A stretch of DNA of 64,000 nucleotides, from contig JBEKFP010000002.1 of assembly GCA_050013255.1 (NCBI GenBank), forward strand, positions 64,001-128,000, in the 5' to 3' direction. The translations under genes and the position numbers were made by a program. This document shows positions 49,126 to 59,475 of this stretch, piece by piece; position 1 is the first letter of the stretch, and every line of letters begins with the position of its first letter. The DNA is from Candidatus Bathyarchaeia archaeon. Lineage in GTDB: Archaea; Thermoproteota; Bathyarchaeia; 40CM-2-53-6. The notes below the pieces were generated by a model. The model searched no databases. It saw nothing but the letters and a program-made list of their open reading frames with translations, and was not told the origin of the DNA.

Positions 49126-50466
49126 TCAACCTTGTAATCGCAAGAGTTCTTCGTAAGCCCGCACCTTAATTTCGTTGGTTTTCTCCATTGAATGTCTTTC
49201 AAAGGCAAGTCGCCTCGCGTTTTCTCCCAGCACTTTCGACCGTTCAGGGTTGTCTATTATTTGGCATATGGCTTCAGCGACAGCTTCTACGTTCTTTTCC
49301 GGAACCAAGTAACCGGTCTCGCCGTTCTTAACTAATTCGTAGTGCCAATCCACATCATAGGCAATGACCGGTCGACCTGCGGCGCAGGCTTCTATGAGGC
49401 TAAAGCCAGCCATCAAACAGAGGTTGACATCAGCCATCATTCGTATACTTGGAATCATCTGTTGTGGTTGGAAGCCCACAAACCGTACCGAATCGGTCAG
49501 ATTGAGTTCACGGCATTTGGCTTCTAGGTTCGATCTTTCTGACCCTATTCCAACCATGAAGAATATTGTGTCATTACGTTTCTGGTTGATTAGACGCGCG
49601 ACCTCAATAACATCATATGGGTAGTTGTACTTGGTCAGTCTTCCTACGGAACAAACGACTTTCTTGTCGTCCAGCTGAAAGAGTTTCCTGCATTCAGTTC
49701 CGTCATCTGATTTGTATGGAGTCAGGTCTATTCCGTGGGGGATTATTCTAATTCTGTCGGGGCGAGCTCCGCTTCCTATTGCGTACTTCGCTATGCTCTC
49801 GCGTATTGGCAGAACCATTGGTGCGTGCGACAGGACGAATCTTTCGAGTTTCTTTGCAATCGCGCGCGACCCCAAGATGACCTGGGATTCTGACCTACCG
49901 GTTGTCGCGTATGCTAGGTCATAGTCGGCGTGTAGTGAGACGCAGAACGGAGTGCGAGTGATGTTTGATACCGCCCACATTACGAGCCCGCAATAGTAAG
50001 GGTCCCGTGCATGGAGTATTGCTACACGATTTCGTAAAGTCAAGGCCGATATTTCCAGAACTAGCTTGGCAAGGTAAGTGAGTTTCATCACGTTGGCTGG
50101 GATCTTGCGTTCATAGACAGTGAAGTCCTCTCGGAGCTCAAGTCGGCAGTTGTTTGGGCCCATGAGGAAACGATAACAATGTTCGAAGTAGTTGGATGGA
50201 TTATCACGGAAGTAGACGTTTAGCGTTCCATACTTCCGGTGAATGCTCGTCAAGTCTGCTCCAGGGACAAGCAATGCGATGCGCTTTCGCCTTGTACGGT
50301 TCATAATGCGGAAGATAACGGCCTCCACCAGAATGAGGATTGTCAAGGGAACTGCAACAAAAATGTCCAATATGGAAAGTAGTCCTCGAACAATTATCCT
50401 GATCAACTTCAAGAAGTGTTTACGCACAGTAAACGCACCCGCGGGAGACAGTGACATTTCGCACAA
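49126..50466 (-). CDS. Glycosyltransferase family 4
   Basis: IPHGID, SVGRL, LIEACAAG, ETGYLV. Confidence 0.85.
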   Translation of the reverse strand: MCEMSLSPAGAFTVRKHFLKLIRIIVRGLLSILDIFVAVPLTILILVEAVIFRIMNRTRRKRIALLVPGADLTSIHRKYGTLNVYFRDNPSNYFEHCYRFLMGPNNCRLELREDFTVYERKIPANVMKLTYLAKLVLEISALTLRNRVAILHARDPYYCGLVMWAVSNITRTPFCVSLHADYDLAYATTGRSESQVILGSRAIAKKLERFVLSHAPMVLPIRESIAKYAIGSGARPDRIRIIPHGIDLTPYKSDDGTECRKLFQLDDKKVVCSVGRLTKYNYPYDVIEVARLINQKRNDTIFFMVGIGSERSNLEAKCRELNLTDSVRFVGFQPQQMIPSIRMMADVNLCLMAGFSLIEACAAGRPVIAYDVDWHYELVKNGETGYLVPEKNVEAVAEAICQIIDNPERSKVLGENARRLAFERHSMEKTNEIKVRAYEELLRLQG

Positions 50467-50886
50467 CTGTCTTGGCGGAGGTTAAGAAGTTTAGGCTAAG
50501 CTGCGGCTCGTATTGTTATATTGCTTGAGGGATTTTTCATGGTTCACGTATATGAAGGAGTCAGTTCGACCTGGTAAACACTCCAATGGAAGCAGTGATG
50601 TTCTATCTGCCCTGAGCGTCCACTTAGGCGGCAAATCAACTACCCTACTGTTGAGTGAGGTAATACAGTCTTCTAGGTTCTGGCCGTTGACTCACTCCTT
50701 TGCCGAATCAAAGTTATGCATTGTGTCTTCGGCATTTGCAGACCAAGCACTATAACACTAATGAACGCTGATGCGAACTCGGCGGCGCTAGCTGAGGATT
50801 AGTCAATCTCTTTATAATACAAAATGATTTACGCATGATCCTGATTTCATTCATTCGACTTTTCGCTCCAACTGATGTGAGACGAT

Positions 50887-52164
50887 ATGCTTAATGAACT
50901 ACCTCAGAAGATTCGTGATGGTAAAGCGGTCATCTGTGTTATCGGCCTAGGCCGGGTCGGGTTGCCCTTGGCCATTGTGTTGGCGCGTTCTGGGCTTAAG
51001 GTCTTGGGCGTTGATGTGAACGACAAACGTGTTAGAGCGATCAACAATGGCGAAATGCCGTTTCACTACCCAAACTTTGACAATTGGTTGAGAGAAACGG
51101 TGAGCGCTGGAAGGTTCGTCGCTTCTGAATCTAAGGACCTAGTATACTCGCAATCGGATGTGATTGTTGTTACGGTTGGGACGCCAACTGGCTCTCAATA
51201 TCAATTTGATTACTCGCAGCTTCATTCCGCATTGCGCGAAGTAGCCAAGGTCAACATTAAGGGGAAAGCAATCATCATGAGGTCAACGTCTGTTCCTGGT
51301 ACATTGAAAAGAATTGTACTACCGTTGCTTTCAAGAGAATCGGGTCTAAAGCTTGGCGATTTCGCTCTCGCTACATGTCCAGAGAGGATCCTCGAGGGTA
51401 AAGCGATTCCAGAACTTTATGAGCTCCCGGAAATTGTGGGTGCTGCGGACGACCTCAGCGGAGCCATTGCTTCCGAATTGCTTCGCAAGATTAACCCTGA
51501 GAAAAAGATTTCAGTTACGACTCCAACGGGAGCTGAGTTGGCGAAGCTTTTCACGAACATCTATCGGTACGTGAACTTTGCGCTGGCGAATGAGTTTGCG
51601 GTGAGGGCAGAGAGATACGGCGAGGACGCGCATGAGGTAATCCGGATCGCAAATAATGGATATTCAAGATCCCATATTCCGATTCCAGGGTTTGCTGGGG
51701 GACCATGTCTGAGCAAAGACGGTCTTCTCCTCGACAACAACACGACCTTCAGCAGCATGATCTCAGCGGCTTGGAAGCTGAACGAAGCCGTGCCACAGCA
51801 CGTGGCCGAATCAATCCTCGATGAGCTGGGGTCCCTCTACGGCGTGAAGGTCGGCCTTCTTGGTCTAGCATTTAAGTCCGAGAGCGATGACTTGAGGTTA
51901 TCCCCATCAGTGAAGCTCGGAGAGATTCTCACTGCCTACGGAGCAAAAGTGCAAATTCATGATCCATTCGTCAAAGAAACGCTCTCCTTGAAGGACGCGC
52001 TGCGAGATGTTGAGGTCGTGATTTTGGCCACAAACCATCGTAGTTTTCAAGAAATAGCTTCTCTCATAGACAACTCGGGCTGCAGAATGGTGTACGACGT
52101 ATGGGGGATGTTCGAACCAAAACAATTTTTGAAAGCCAAGTATAGGCGGTTTGGAAGAGCATGA
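50887..52164 (+). CDS. Nucleotide-sugar (UDP-HexNAc) 6-dehydrogenase
   Basis: GLGRVGLP, VGTP, CPER, KLFTN, GGPCLSKD, LAFK. Confidence 0.92.
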   Translation: MLNELPQKIRDGKAVICVIGLGRVGLPLAIVLARSGLKVLGVDVNDKRVRAINNGEMPFHYPNFDNWLRETVSAGRFVASESKDLVYSQSDVIVVTVGTPTGSQYQFDYSQLHSALREVAKVNIKGKAIIMRSTSVPGTLKRIVLPLLSRESGLKLGDFALATCPERILEGKAIPELYELPEIVGAADDLSGAIASELLRKINPEKKISVTTPTGAELAKLFTNIYRYVNFALANEFAVRAERYGEDAHEVIRIANNGYSRSHIPIPGFAGGPCLSKDGLLLDNNTTFSSMISAAWKLNEAVPQHVAESILDELGSLYGVKVGLLGLAFKSESDDLRLSPSVKLGEILTAYGAKVQIHDPFVKETLSLKDALRDVEVVILATNHRSFQEIASLIDNSGCRMVYDVWGMFEPKQFLKAKYRRFGRA

Positions 52165-52260
52165 CCTTATGCTCCCCGAAGATGAAGGCGTAAAGAATCC
52201 AGAAGTTGCAAGAAAACCTGTGGATTACTCAGGTACCTGTTTCCCCGTGGCAGCTGGTAA

Positions 52261-53082
52261 TTGAGTGTTTCAACCATGAGTCGCAAAAAGCTAACGGGGG
52301 CTTTCCTGGTGGTCATAAGGTCGACATTACGACTCAACTACCGAATGGTCCGAGCAGTCCTGAGGCCCCTCGGAAGAAGAAGAGCACTGATCCTCGAAAG
52401 GATATGGAGCAACCCAAGCGAATTACCGGATGTCCTTCCGGTCCCAGATTTGATACGGTATCAAATGCGATTCCATCATTGGATGAGCAATATTTACAAA
52501 TTCAACAAATGGGAACCTAAAGTGACGAATGCGCTTCAAGGCCTTCATGGATCATTATTCGTGGATGTTGGCGCCAATCTTGGGTTCTACGTCAACTATC
52601 TGCAGAGTAATTTTTCCAGAACAGTGGCTATTGAGCCACACCCTATCCTGTGTGAATACCTTAGAAAGCATCATCCACCGAACTGTCAAGTGGTGGAAAA
52701 GGCAATCTCAAAGAGCAATGGAACGGCTGAATTTCATATTGCAGAAGGTGATGAAAATTTCGGATTATCAAGCATGCTGCCAGTACGGTCGAATCTGCGG
52801 CGAAATAGTGCTAGAGAGAAGAGGAGAATAATCGTCCAAACTGAGACCTTAAGCAAGATTCTGGACGGGAGGACAGCCGACTTGGTGAAGGTTGATGTTG
52901 AAGGGGCAGAATGGGAGGTCTTGGAGGGGGCGGAGCCCGTAATGCAACACGTGATATCGTGGATTATAGAATTGCACAACCCGGAAAAGAAGGCAGCCCT
53001 CGGCAACTACATGAAATCCTTCGGATACACTTGCAAATGGTTGGACGAAACCCACGCCTATTTTACGAGACCGCACCGGTAG
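52261..53082 (+). CDS. FkbM-family methyltransferase
   Basis: VDVGANLG, AIEP, KVDVEGAEWEVLEG. Confidence 0.88.
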   Translation: MSVSTMSRKKLTGAFLVVIRSTLRLNYRMVRAVLRPLGRRRALILERIWSNPSELPDVLPVPDLIRYQMRFHHWMSNIYKFNKWEPKVTNALQGLHGSLFVDVGANLGFYVNYLQSNFSRTVAIEPHPILCEYLRKHHPPNCQVVEKAISKSNGTAEFHIAEGDENFGLSSMLPVRSNLRRNSAREKRRIIVQTETLSKILDGRTADLVKVDVEGAEWEVLEGAEPVMQHVISWIIELHNPEKKAALGNYMKSFGYTCKWLDETHAYFTRPHR

Positions 53083-53181
53083 AGGTTAAGCTCTACAGAG
53101 AGCGGGAGCAAGAAGCCTTGCGCAGTAACTTGCATGATTTCCCTGTAATATGCGTGCGTTTCATTTGGAGGAGATAACGGC

Positions 53182-54522
53182 TTACTGCAGCCAGTTGCTA
53201 TCTCCCGCAACAAAATACTTTGGCCCGGTCTGATTCCAGTTAAAGTGCTTCCAAGTCTCTTCAAGGTTATCTATTATGAGCCTACATTTCGTCAGATGTT
53301 TTTTCAATTGTGATTCTTGTATAGCGCGGTACAATCTGTGGCCGGCCACAATTAGAACGCATTCGAATTCAGAAAGGCCTTCCGGGAAGGTAAAGGTCTC
53401 AGTCCCGGCCAGCTTCTTGATCTCCTCTTGCGTGTAGTATGGGTCATTTATCTTCACTTTCACTCCGCGTTCCATGAGCCTCTTCGAGATACGCAGGGCT
53501 GGACTAAGCACATGGACCTTTAGGTCACCCTTGTAAGACAATCCCAAGATTCCAACATTCTTGAAACCAGCATTGGCGACGTGGTCCGCAACAAGCGCGG
53601 GCAGCTCGCTGTCGGTGGCAACAGTATCTTTGAGCAGTGTCAAATATTCCGGCCTCTCCGCACCCTCCAAGACGTATTTGGAAGACAAGGGAATGCAATA
53701 TCCGCCACTTCCAAAACTGGGCTTGTAAAATCCGACGTTCCATTTCGTTGCGACCAGCCTTAGCACTTCGGTCATGTTTAAGCTGGGATATGCAAGGCTG
53801 AGCTGGTTGGCCAGCGTGATTTCCATATGTCTGTATGCGTTTTCGACGCTCTTGACTATCTCTGCGTGTCTGTGGTCTGGTGCTGGGATTAGCCTGTCGC
53901 ACACAATACCTAGCACCTCGGTCATGAGCTTGGTTGTCTCGGGCGTTGTTCCTCCCACAATTCTTGGTAAGGACCGAAGGTTCTTTTCTGGACTGATGAA
54001 CCAGTCACGGCGAGGAGCCACGCCCAAGAAAACATCTTTGCCCACTGCTATGCCTTTCTTCTCGAAAATTGGGATTGCCAAATCGTCGGTTTTGTTTGGT
54101 GTTAATGTGGACTCTATGATTACGAGCGGAGGTTCGCCAGATTTTGGTATGTGTGTTGCGATCTTGGTGATGACATCTTCAAGCGCCCCATCCCATGGTT
54201 TGTCTTCTTTCTCGGTGGGTATTGCGACCATATGGACTGAAAACTCAGGAGCGAGAACTTTCTTCCAGTCCACGGTTGCAGTCATCATGCCTGAATCTAC
54301 GAGGTATCTTGTATCAAAGCCAAGCCAATATTCCATGTTTGGTACGGGCGTTTTGCCATCGTTGATTGTTGAAACAATCCTCTCCGAAACATCCGTCCCA
54401 ACACATGCTACCCCTTCGGCAGCGAAATTTGCCATCGTTGAGAATCCGATGTAGCCTGTTCCCCACACCGCTATCTTTCGTTCCCCTTCGAGTAGTCGGC
54501 TGCGTATTTGTTGTGGTTGCAA
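53182..54522 (-). CDS. Nucleotide-sugar dehydrogenase (divergent)
   Basis: GTGYIG, IEST, KSVENAYR, GGYCIP, GLSYK. Confidence 0.87.
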   Translation of the reverse strand: MQPQQIRSRLLEGERKIAVWGTGYIGFSTMANFAAEGVACVGTDVSERIVSTINDGKTPVPNMEYWLGFDTRYLVDSGMMTATVDWKKVLAPEFSVHMVAIPTEKEDKPWDGALEDVITKIATHIPKSGEPPLVIIESTLTPNKTDDLAIPIFEKKGIAVGKDVFLGVAPRRDWFISPEKNLRSLPRIVGGTTPETTKLMTEVLGIVCDRLIPAPDHRHAEIVKSVENAYRHMEITLANQLSLAYPSLNMTEVLRLVATKWNVGFYKPSFGSGGYCIPLSSKYVLEGAERPEYLTLLKDTVATDSELPALVADHVANAGFKNVGILGLSYKGDLKVHVLSPALRISKRLMERGVKVKINDPYYTQEEIKKLAGTETFTFPEGLSEFECVLIVAGHRLYRAIQESQLKKHLTKCRLIIDNLEETWKHFNWNQTGPKYFVAGDSNWLQ

Positions 54523-54574
54523 TTGTCGTCGGCGGCTCTATGAGGAGTATGTGAATTAACTCTTTTGCAGAAAG

Positions 54575-55561
54575 TCAGGCATTCTTTGGCCGTAACGAAC
54601 TGATGAGCGTTTTCAAGCCTTCATTTAATTCTATTTTGGGTTCGAAGCCCAAGATGTTTCGAGCCCCAGCTATGTTAGCATAGCTTTCCCTGATGTCGCC
54701 AGGCCTTGTGTCGGTGTGAACGGGTGCAATGTCCGTCCTCCCATACATCTTAGCGAGTACCGAGTAGAGGTGGTTAATCGTTGTTGCAACTCCCGTCCCA
54801 ATATTGAAGGCCTCTCCTAGTCCGCTGTTGGTTTGCAATGCTCGAATGTTTGCCCTCGCAACATCTGAAACATGGATGAAGTCTCGCGTTTGTTCGCCGT
54901 CGCCATGAATGGTTGGCTGTGCCCCCTGGGCCAGTCGTTTTGCAAAGATCGCGATTACGCCACTGTAAGGGTTTGCGCTTTGCCTTTCGCCGTAGACGTT
55001 AAAGTACCTTAGAGAAACCGTGTTTAGCCCATAAGTCCGGTAGTAGGATCCGCAGTATTTCTCACCTGCAAGTTTTGAGACACCATACGGCGTGACGGGG
55101 TGTAGTGGGTTGTCTTCCGAGATTGGTAAAGTGCTCTGGTTACCGTAGACAGAAGATGAGGAGGCGAAGACTGTTCTTTCCAGTTTGTTCTTAAGTGCAG
55201 CACGAAGGACGTTTAGTGTTCCAGAAACATTTACTTCATTCACGATTTCAGGCTTCTTCACTGAGAAGTATGGGCTTACGATGGCGGCCAGATGTATGAT
55301 TGCATCAGTCTTCTTAGTCAATGAATCGAGTAATCTATATTGAGTGACCGTGCCTTTCCTGAAATGAAACTTGGGGTTCCTCTTGCAAAGCTTAAGGTTC
55401 CTTAAGCTTCCGCTGGAAAGATTATCGAGAACCCAAACTTCCGCGCCTCGGTTCAGGAGGAGGTCGACTGTGTGGCTACCGATGAATCCAGCGCCTCCGG
55501 TGACGAGAACTCGTATGCCACTTACACTTTCATTGATGGTGGGCAAGTCTGCGAAGCTCAC
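54575..55561 (-). CDS. NAD-dependent epimerase (UDP-Glc/GlcNAc 4-epimerase-like)
   Basis: VTGGAGFIGSH, SSSSVYG, YGVSK, RYFNVYG; start trimmed to GTG 55561. Confidence 0.9.
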   Translation of the reverse strand: MSFADLPTINESVSGIRVLVTGGAGFIGSHTVDLLLNRGAEVWVLDNLSSGSLRNLKLCKRNPKFHFRKGTVTQYRLLDSLTKKTDAIIHLAAIVSPYFSVKKPEIVNEVNVSGTLNVLRAALKNKLERTVFASSSSVYGNQSTLPISEDNPLHPVTPYGVSKLAGEKYCGSYYRTYGLNTVSLRYFNVYGERQSANPYSGVIAIFAKRLAQGAQPTIHGDGEQTRDFIHVSDVARANIRALQTNSGLGEAFNIGTGVATTINHLYSVLAKMYGRTDIAPVHTDTRPGDIRESYANIAGARNILGFEPKIELNEGLKTLISSLRPKNA

Positions 55562-55575
55562 AACGCGACAGCTAT

Positions 55576-56769
55576 TTATGACGCTCGCAGTCGAGACAGG
55601 TTCAATTTCAGTAAGTATGTTATCTTCGCGCCGTAGTGGACTCCAGACATGCATGGCCCCAGAAGGTCGATGACTGGTTGGGCCCCCTGATAGTTTAGAT
55701 CCCATCCGAAATAGCGTATGAAAAATGGCGAGGTCGTTATGGGAGAAAGAAATCCGCTAAGGAATGTTAGAGAGAATAGGAACAAATCGTTGTCCAACGC
55801 ATAACAGATACTAAGCAACGCTGATGCCCATATAAAATGTAGGCCATAACCTATTCCACTAGCGAAAAAAATCATTAGGGGTACCAAAACCAACAACACA
55901 AGTGCGGTATTTTTCTTCCAGCACGAGAATGAAACATAGAGTTGCAACACCAGCAAGAATGGCGTAAGCGTGAATAACGCAGCAAGACGAAACCCGAGGA
56001 AATCCAGAAGCTCAGGTTGAGTTGCCGGAAACCGTAGAAGTGTATTCAGTGGAGCAGCGAATGAACCAATTACGAATCCTTGGAGAACCAAACCGAGGAT
56101 TATCGGCATGACAAAAGCGGACGCAAAATGGGCCAAAGCCCTCGTCGCCGGCCGGCCTTCCACCCAAAGAGCATAGACTACAAAGAATGGTAGGAGCAAA
56201 ATCGGATAGAGCCGGAGAATAGTGGCCAAGGAAATACACAAACCGCAGCATGACCACTTTCGGTTCATACCGTACTGAATAGCGAGTAGCACAATTACTG
56301 CTGGGACAACATCCATCGTGGTGAACCAGTAAAGCCAATACCAATTGAACGGGTTGAGGTGCCAGGAGAGGAAGGCTTTGCTAGCTCTCGATGGGTTCAA
56401 CCTTCCCACCAGATTGAATACCAACAATCCCGTAAAGAAGTCGCAAACAATAATTGGGATCTTCATCACGTACATAAGTGAATACCGCGCGATAGACGGG
56501 TGTGTCACCATTTCAGCGAGCGTGGCGTGCTGGATTGGCAACAAAGTCCATAGCCAGTAGAATGGCGTAAGGAACATGTCTAGGCCAAGGTAGACCCCAA
56601 ATACCCCCACGGAGGGGAGCTTCCCATTGCTGATTAGGTTGAAAACGCCTTGGCTCCCATCAATCCAATAAAAAAAATCGCTTGTGAGCGATGGCAATGG
56701 AACAAGGATGAGCTTAATGGCCCAAACTGCAAGGACCATGATCATCCATTTTCGTGAAAGATTGAACAT
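55576..56769 (-). CDS. GT87/PIG-M-like GT-C membrane glycosyltransferase
   Basis: SDF, KIPIIVCD, WHLNPF, MDVVP, RLYP. Confidence 0.65.
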   Translation of the reverse strand: MFNLSRKWMIMVLAVWAIKLILVPLPSLTSDFFYWIDGSQGVFNLISNGKLPSVGVFGVYLGLDMFLTPFYWLWTLLPIQHATLAEMVTHPSIARYSLMYVMKIPIIVCDFFTGLLVFNLVGRLNPSRASKAFLSWHLNPFNWYWLYWFTTMDVVPAVIVLLAIQYGMNRKWSCCGLCISLATILRLYPILLLPFFVVYALWVEGRPATRALAHFASAFVMPIILGLVLQGFVIGSFAAPLNTLLRFPATQPELLDFLGFRLAALFTLTPFLLVLQLYVSFSCWKKNTALVLLVLVPLMIFFASGIGYGLHFIWASALLSICYALDNDLFLFSLTFLSGFLSPITTSPFFIRYFGWDLNYQGAQPVIDLLGPCMSGVHYGAKITYLLKLNLSRLRAS

Positions 56770-56775
56770 GAGATT

Positions 56776-58053
56776 TCAACCAGATTCGTAATCTCGTGCT
56801 CGCCTACGCCAATTCCAATGACTAACAACAGCTAAGACGTAGACCAAGGCGAATGCGTACATGGTGTCCTGGATAAGACCAGCCAGAATGAATTCGGTCA
56901 CGTCCGATCGAAGGAATTGTTGAATTGCGATCGAATATGCAGGTAGGCCGGTCCCCTCTATAGGGAAAAGAAGGAGGCTGTAGCCGCTCGGGGTTGCCAA
57001 ACCTGCAGAAGTGATGAACCAAGCAAAAAATACAGAAAGTTGGAAGACGACCAAGAGCAAAAGTCGACGTCGACCAAACAAGGCGACATCTAGAGTGATG
57101 AATGGCAGGACCCAAACGAAGTATTGCGCGTGAAACTCTGAGAACACAAAGTAAGTCAACAGCACGACCGTAACAAGATGAATGATATAACCTGACGGAT
57201 TCGAATCTTCTCCGAAGTACAGTGCGAGGAAATATACGACGACCAGCGCAGCCATGGCGACGCTGAGAGGGACGCTGGATGAGAAAATCCCTAAAATCGA
57301 CAAAGGTTGAGAGATCGGCGTGTAGTTCGTGAACTCCGCCACGGTAAGACTCGCGCCCTGCGAAAACCAAATCAGATAAGCGACAACTCCGAGAGGTCCG
57401 CAAAGCGTCATCCAAAGCTCGTGCAGCCGCTTTTCTGGGGAATACTTATGCAAATAGAGCAGTAGGGCAGGCAGGATGAGGATTGGGTAAAGCTTCAGCC
57501 CGATTGCGCAGAATAGAATTATGACTGATAAAATGGGCTTTTGCCGTAGCAGGCACAGCAGGGATACCAACGTAAGCAAGGCCACGAGAATATCAGGGAC
57601 GCCAATAAACTCAACAGCAAATAGAGTGAATGGATTCATGAACCAAATTAGACTCGTGAGGCGCGCAGACTCGCGGGAAACAGTGATTTTGCAAACTGTG
57701 AGATACAGTGCGGCCGACATGAGAATGTCGCAGATGAATCCGGGTAATCGTAGGAATAGCGAGAGTAGTCGAAGGTCCCCCTGCATCGTTGGAGGCGTCG
57801 TCGTTGACCAGGCGGCATAGGAGACGTTAGATCCTGTGAGCATTTTCCAGGCTTCGAAGAGACCGGTCTCCAAAGCAACCCAAGGCGAAGCGGAGAACCC
57901 TGAGACCGGAAATGATTGAAGCTCGTAGCTTGCAGGCGCCAAAGCTGAGAATGCCAACTTGATACTCGCCACCACAATAAACAGAACTAAGAATGCCATA
58001 CCATTGTTCAAGAAAATGGATAATGCCCTTAGCTGAGGAGCAATCAATTTCAT
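56776..58053 (-). CDS. GT87/PIG-M-like GT-C membrane glycosyltransferase
   Basis: RLPGFICD, WFMNPF, PDIL, KLYP, QYFVWVLPF; paralogue of downstream gene. Confidence 0.68.
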   Translation of the reverse strand: MKLIAPQLRALSIFLNNGMAFLVLFIVVASIKLAFSALAPASYELQSFPVSGFSASPWVALETGLFEAWKMLTGSNVSYAAWSTTTPPTMQGDLRLLSLFLRLPGFICDILMSAALYLTVCKITVSRESARLTSLIWFMNPFTLFAVEFIGVPDILVALLTLVSLLCLLRQKPILSVIILFCAIGLKLYPILILPALLLYLHKYSPEKRLHELWMTLCGPLGVVAYLIWFSQGASLTVAEFTNYTPISQPLSILGIFSSSVPLSVAMAALVVVYFLALYFGEDSNPSGYIIHLVTVVLLTYFVFSEFHAQYFVWVLPFITLDVALFGRRRLLLLVVFQLSVFFAWFITSAGLATPSGYSLLLFPIEGTGLPAYSIAIQQFLRSDVTEFILAGLIQDTMYAFALVYVLAVVSHWNWRRRARDYESG

Positions 58054-58109
58054 GAAGTTATCAATTCTGCCCTTCGAAGTTTTCTAGATTTAAGACTATT
58101 CCACCGATT

Positions 58110-58271
58110 GCGCAAATTCCGATTATTTTTCCTAGCACGGAGGTTACGCATAGAGCCGGTCGAAAGGTCATCGAGAACCCAGATCTCCACTCATTCCCCT
58201 AAGAGGGAGTCTACGGTGTGGCTTCCGATGAATCCTGCTTCGCCCGTCACTAGAATTCTGTCATAATCCAA
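58110..58271 (-). pseudogene. Truncated NAD-dependent epimerase pseudogene
   Basis: MDYDRILVTGEAGFIGSHTVDSLLGE*VEIWVLDDLSTGSMRNL; in-frame TGA at 58191-58193. Confidence 0.8.
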
Positions 58272-58282
58272 ACTCGCGCAAC

Positions 58283-58987
58283 TCACGAGTGAGATGGCGT
58301 TTTCGATTTATCGCTCAGTTGGCGTACTTCCTCGAGGGTCTTGAAGGTTCCAATATCATAGTGCCTTTTCTGCGTTAGGTATGCAAATACGGCCTTTCGG
58401 TCACGCAAAAGCTCCGGGACCACCTGTTGTGAGATGTCAGTGCTGGGTTTGCAATATGACAGAATTTCTTTCTCGCAAACCAGTATGCCCATGCTGACAG
58501 GATATTCTTTGATCACCGGTTTTTCTTCAAAGTACGTAATTCTGCCATCATCGGCCACTCGTGCTACACCATATTCAATTGGAACCGTAGTGCTCATAGC
58601 AATAGTGCAAATCGAGTTTTTCTCGATGTGGAATTGAATCATGGCCCGCAAGTCCATATCAGTCAACACATCTCCGTAATACACAACGAACCTGTCGCCG
58701 AGAAGTCTGGCGGCCGCGCCCAACGCGCCGGCTGTGCCGATCCGCTCTTCTACTGAGTATTCTATTTTCACACCGTATCGGGTTCCGTCGCCTAGATGGT
58801 TTCTGAGCAAGTCATACTCGTTCTGCGAAATGAGCATCACTATCTCCGTGACGCCATGGTCTTTGAGGTAATCGATAATGTGCTCGATGACGTAGCGGCC
58901 ACCAATCGGTATCAATGACTTTGGAACGTAGCTGGTGATCGGGTAGAGGCGGGTTCCCGCACCTCCAGCCAGAATAGCCGCCTTCAA
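58283..58987 (-). CDS. Sugar-1-phosphate nucleotidyltransferase
   Basis: LAGGAGTRLYP, PKSL, GTAGAL, YGD, FEEKP, DIGT. Confidence 0.9.
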   Translation of the reverse strand: MKAAILAGGAGTRLYPITSYVPKSLIPIGGRYVIEHIIDYLKDHGVTEIVMLISQNEYDLLRNHLGDGTRYGVKIEYSVEERIGTAGALGAAARLLGDRFVVYYGDVLTDMDLRAMIQFHIEKNSICTIAMSTTVPIEYGVARVADDGRITYFEEKPVIKEYPVSMGILVCEKEILSYCKPSTDISQQVVPELLRDRKAVFAYLTQKRHYDIGTFKTLEEVRQLSDKSKTPSHS

Positions 58988-59089
58988 TCAGTAAGCCCTA
59001 GGTTTCAGCCACGAAACGGGTCGGCTAATAAGCCTTTGATTAGGGCGCAAGGCCGCCGCAAATGAAATTGGGAAAAACGCCAGTTGCTA

Positions 59090-59442
59090 GGAGACTTCAC
59101 TTCGATCATCAAGAAATGTGAAAGGCTCAACTCGTTGAACGGGCCGAGCGTGTCTGAACGGCGCTCGTATTGGGCCCAGCTTGATCTCCTCCATGTTCAG
59201 TTTCAAGAGACAGGTGGCGCGTAAAGCGTAGAGGGCCCCCAAAGAAATGTGTCGGTCGGCAGGCCGCCGTATATAGATTGGGCTATGCTCGTCCCGAATG
59301 TCAGGACGCTTACGCATTGCGAAGGCAGATTGCAAAAGGTGCATGCTTTGGCAGTTTTGTAGCGGGTCGGAGTCGCAACTTCCGGTTGTCTGCGGCAGCT
59401 CTGGCTATGAGTTTTATTCTTAGAACAATCGTTATCTTTCAA
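59090..59442 (-). pseudogene. Possible degraded glycosyltransferase remnant
   Basis: TTG followed out of frame by KITIV; KRPDIRDEHSP resembles GT4 'KPDIIHxHSP'; no coherent ORF. Confidence 0.25.
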
Positions 59443-59475
59443 GCACATATGGGTTAGACGGGCCCGAACAGGCGA

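Noticed and set aside
50500-50880. 80-aa ORF or GT4-like fragments (VYEGV, SDVL)
   Set aside because: Too short and degenerate to support
55562-55705. N-terminal extension of the epimerase ORF
   Set aside because: Overlaps the upstream gene; the Rossmann motif begins later
58191-58193. In-frame TGA as possible selenocysteine/readthrough
   Set aside because: Position corresponds to Gly, the NAD-binding motif is also mutated, and the gene is truncated: a pseudogene
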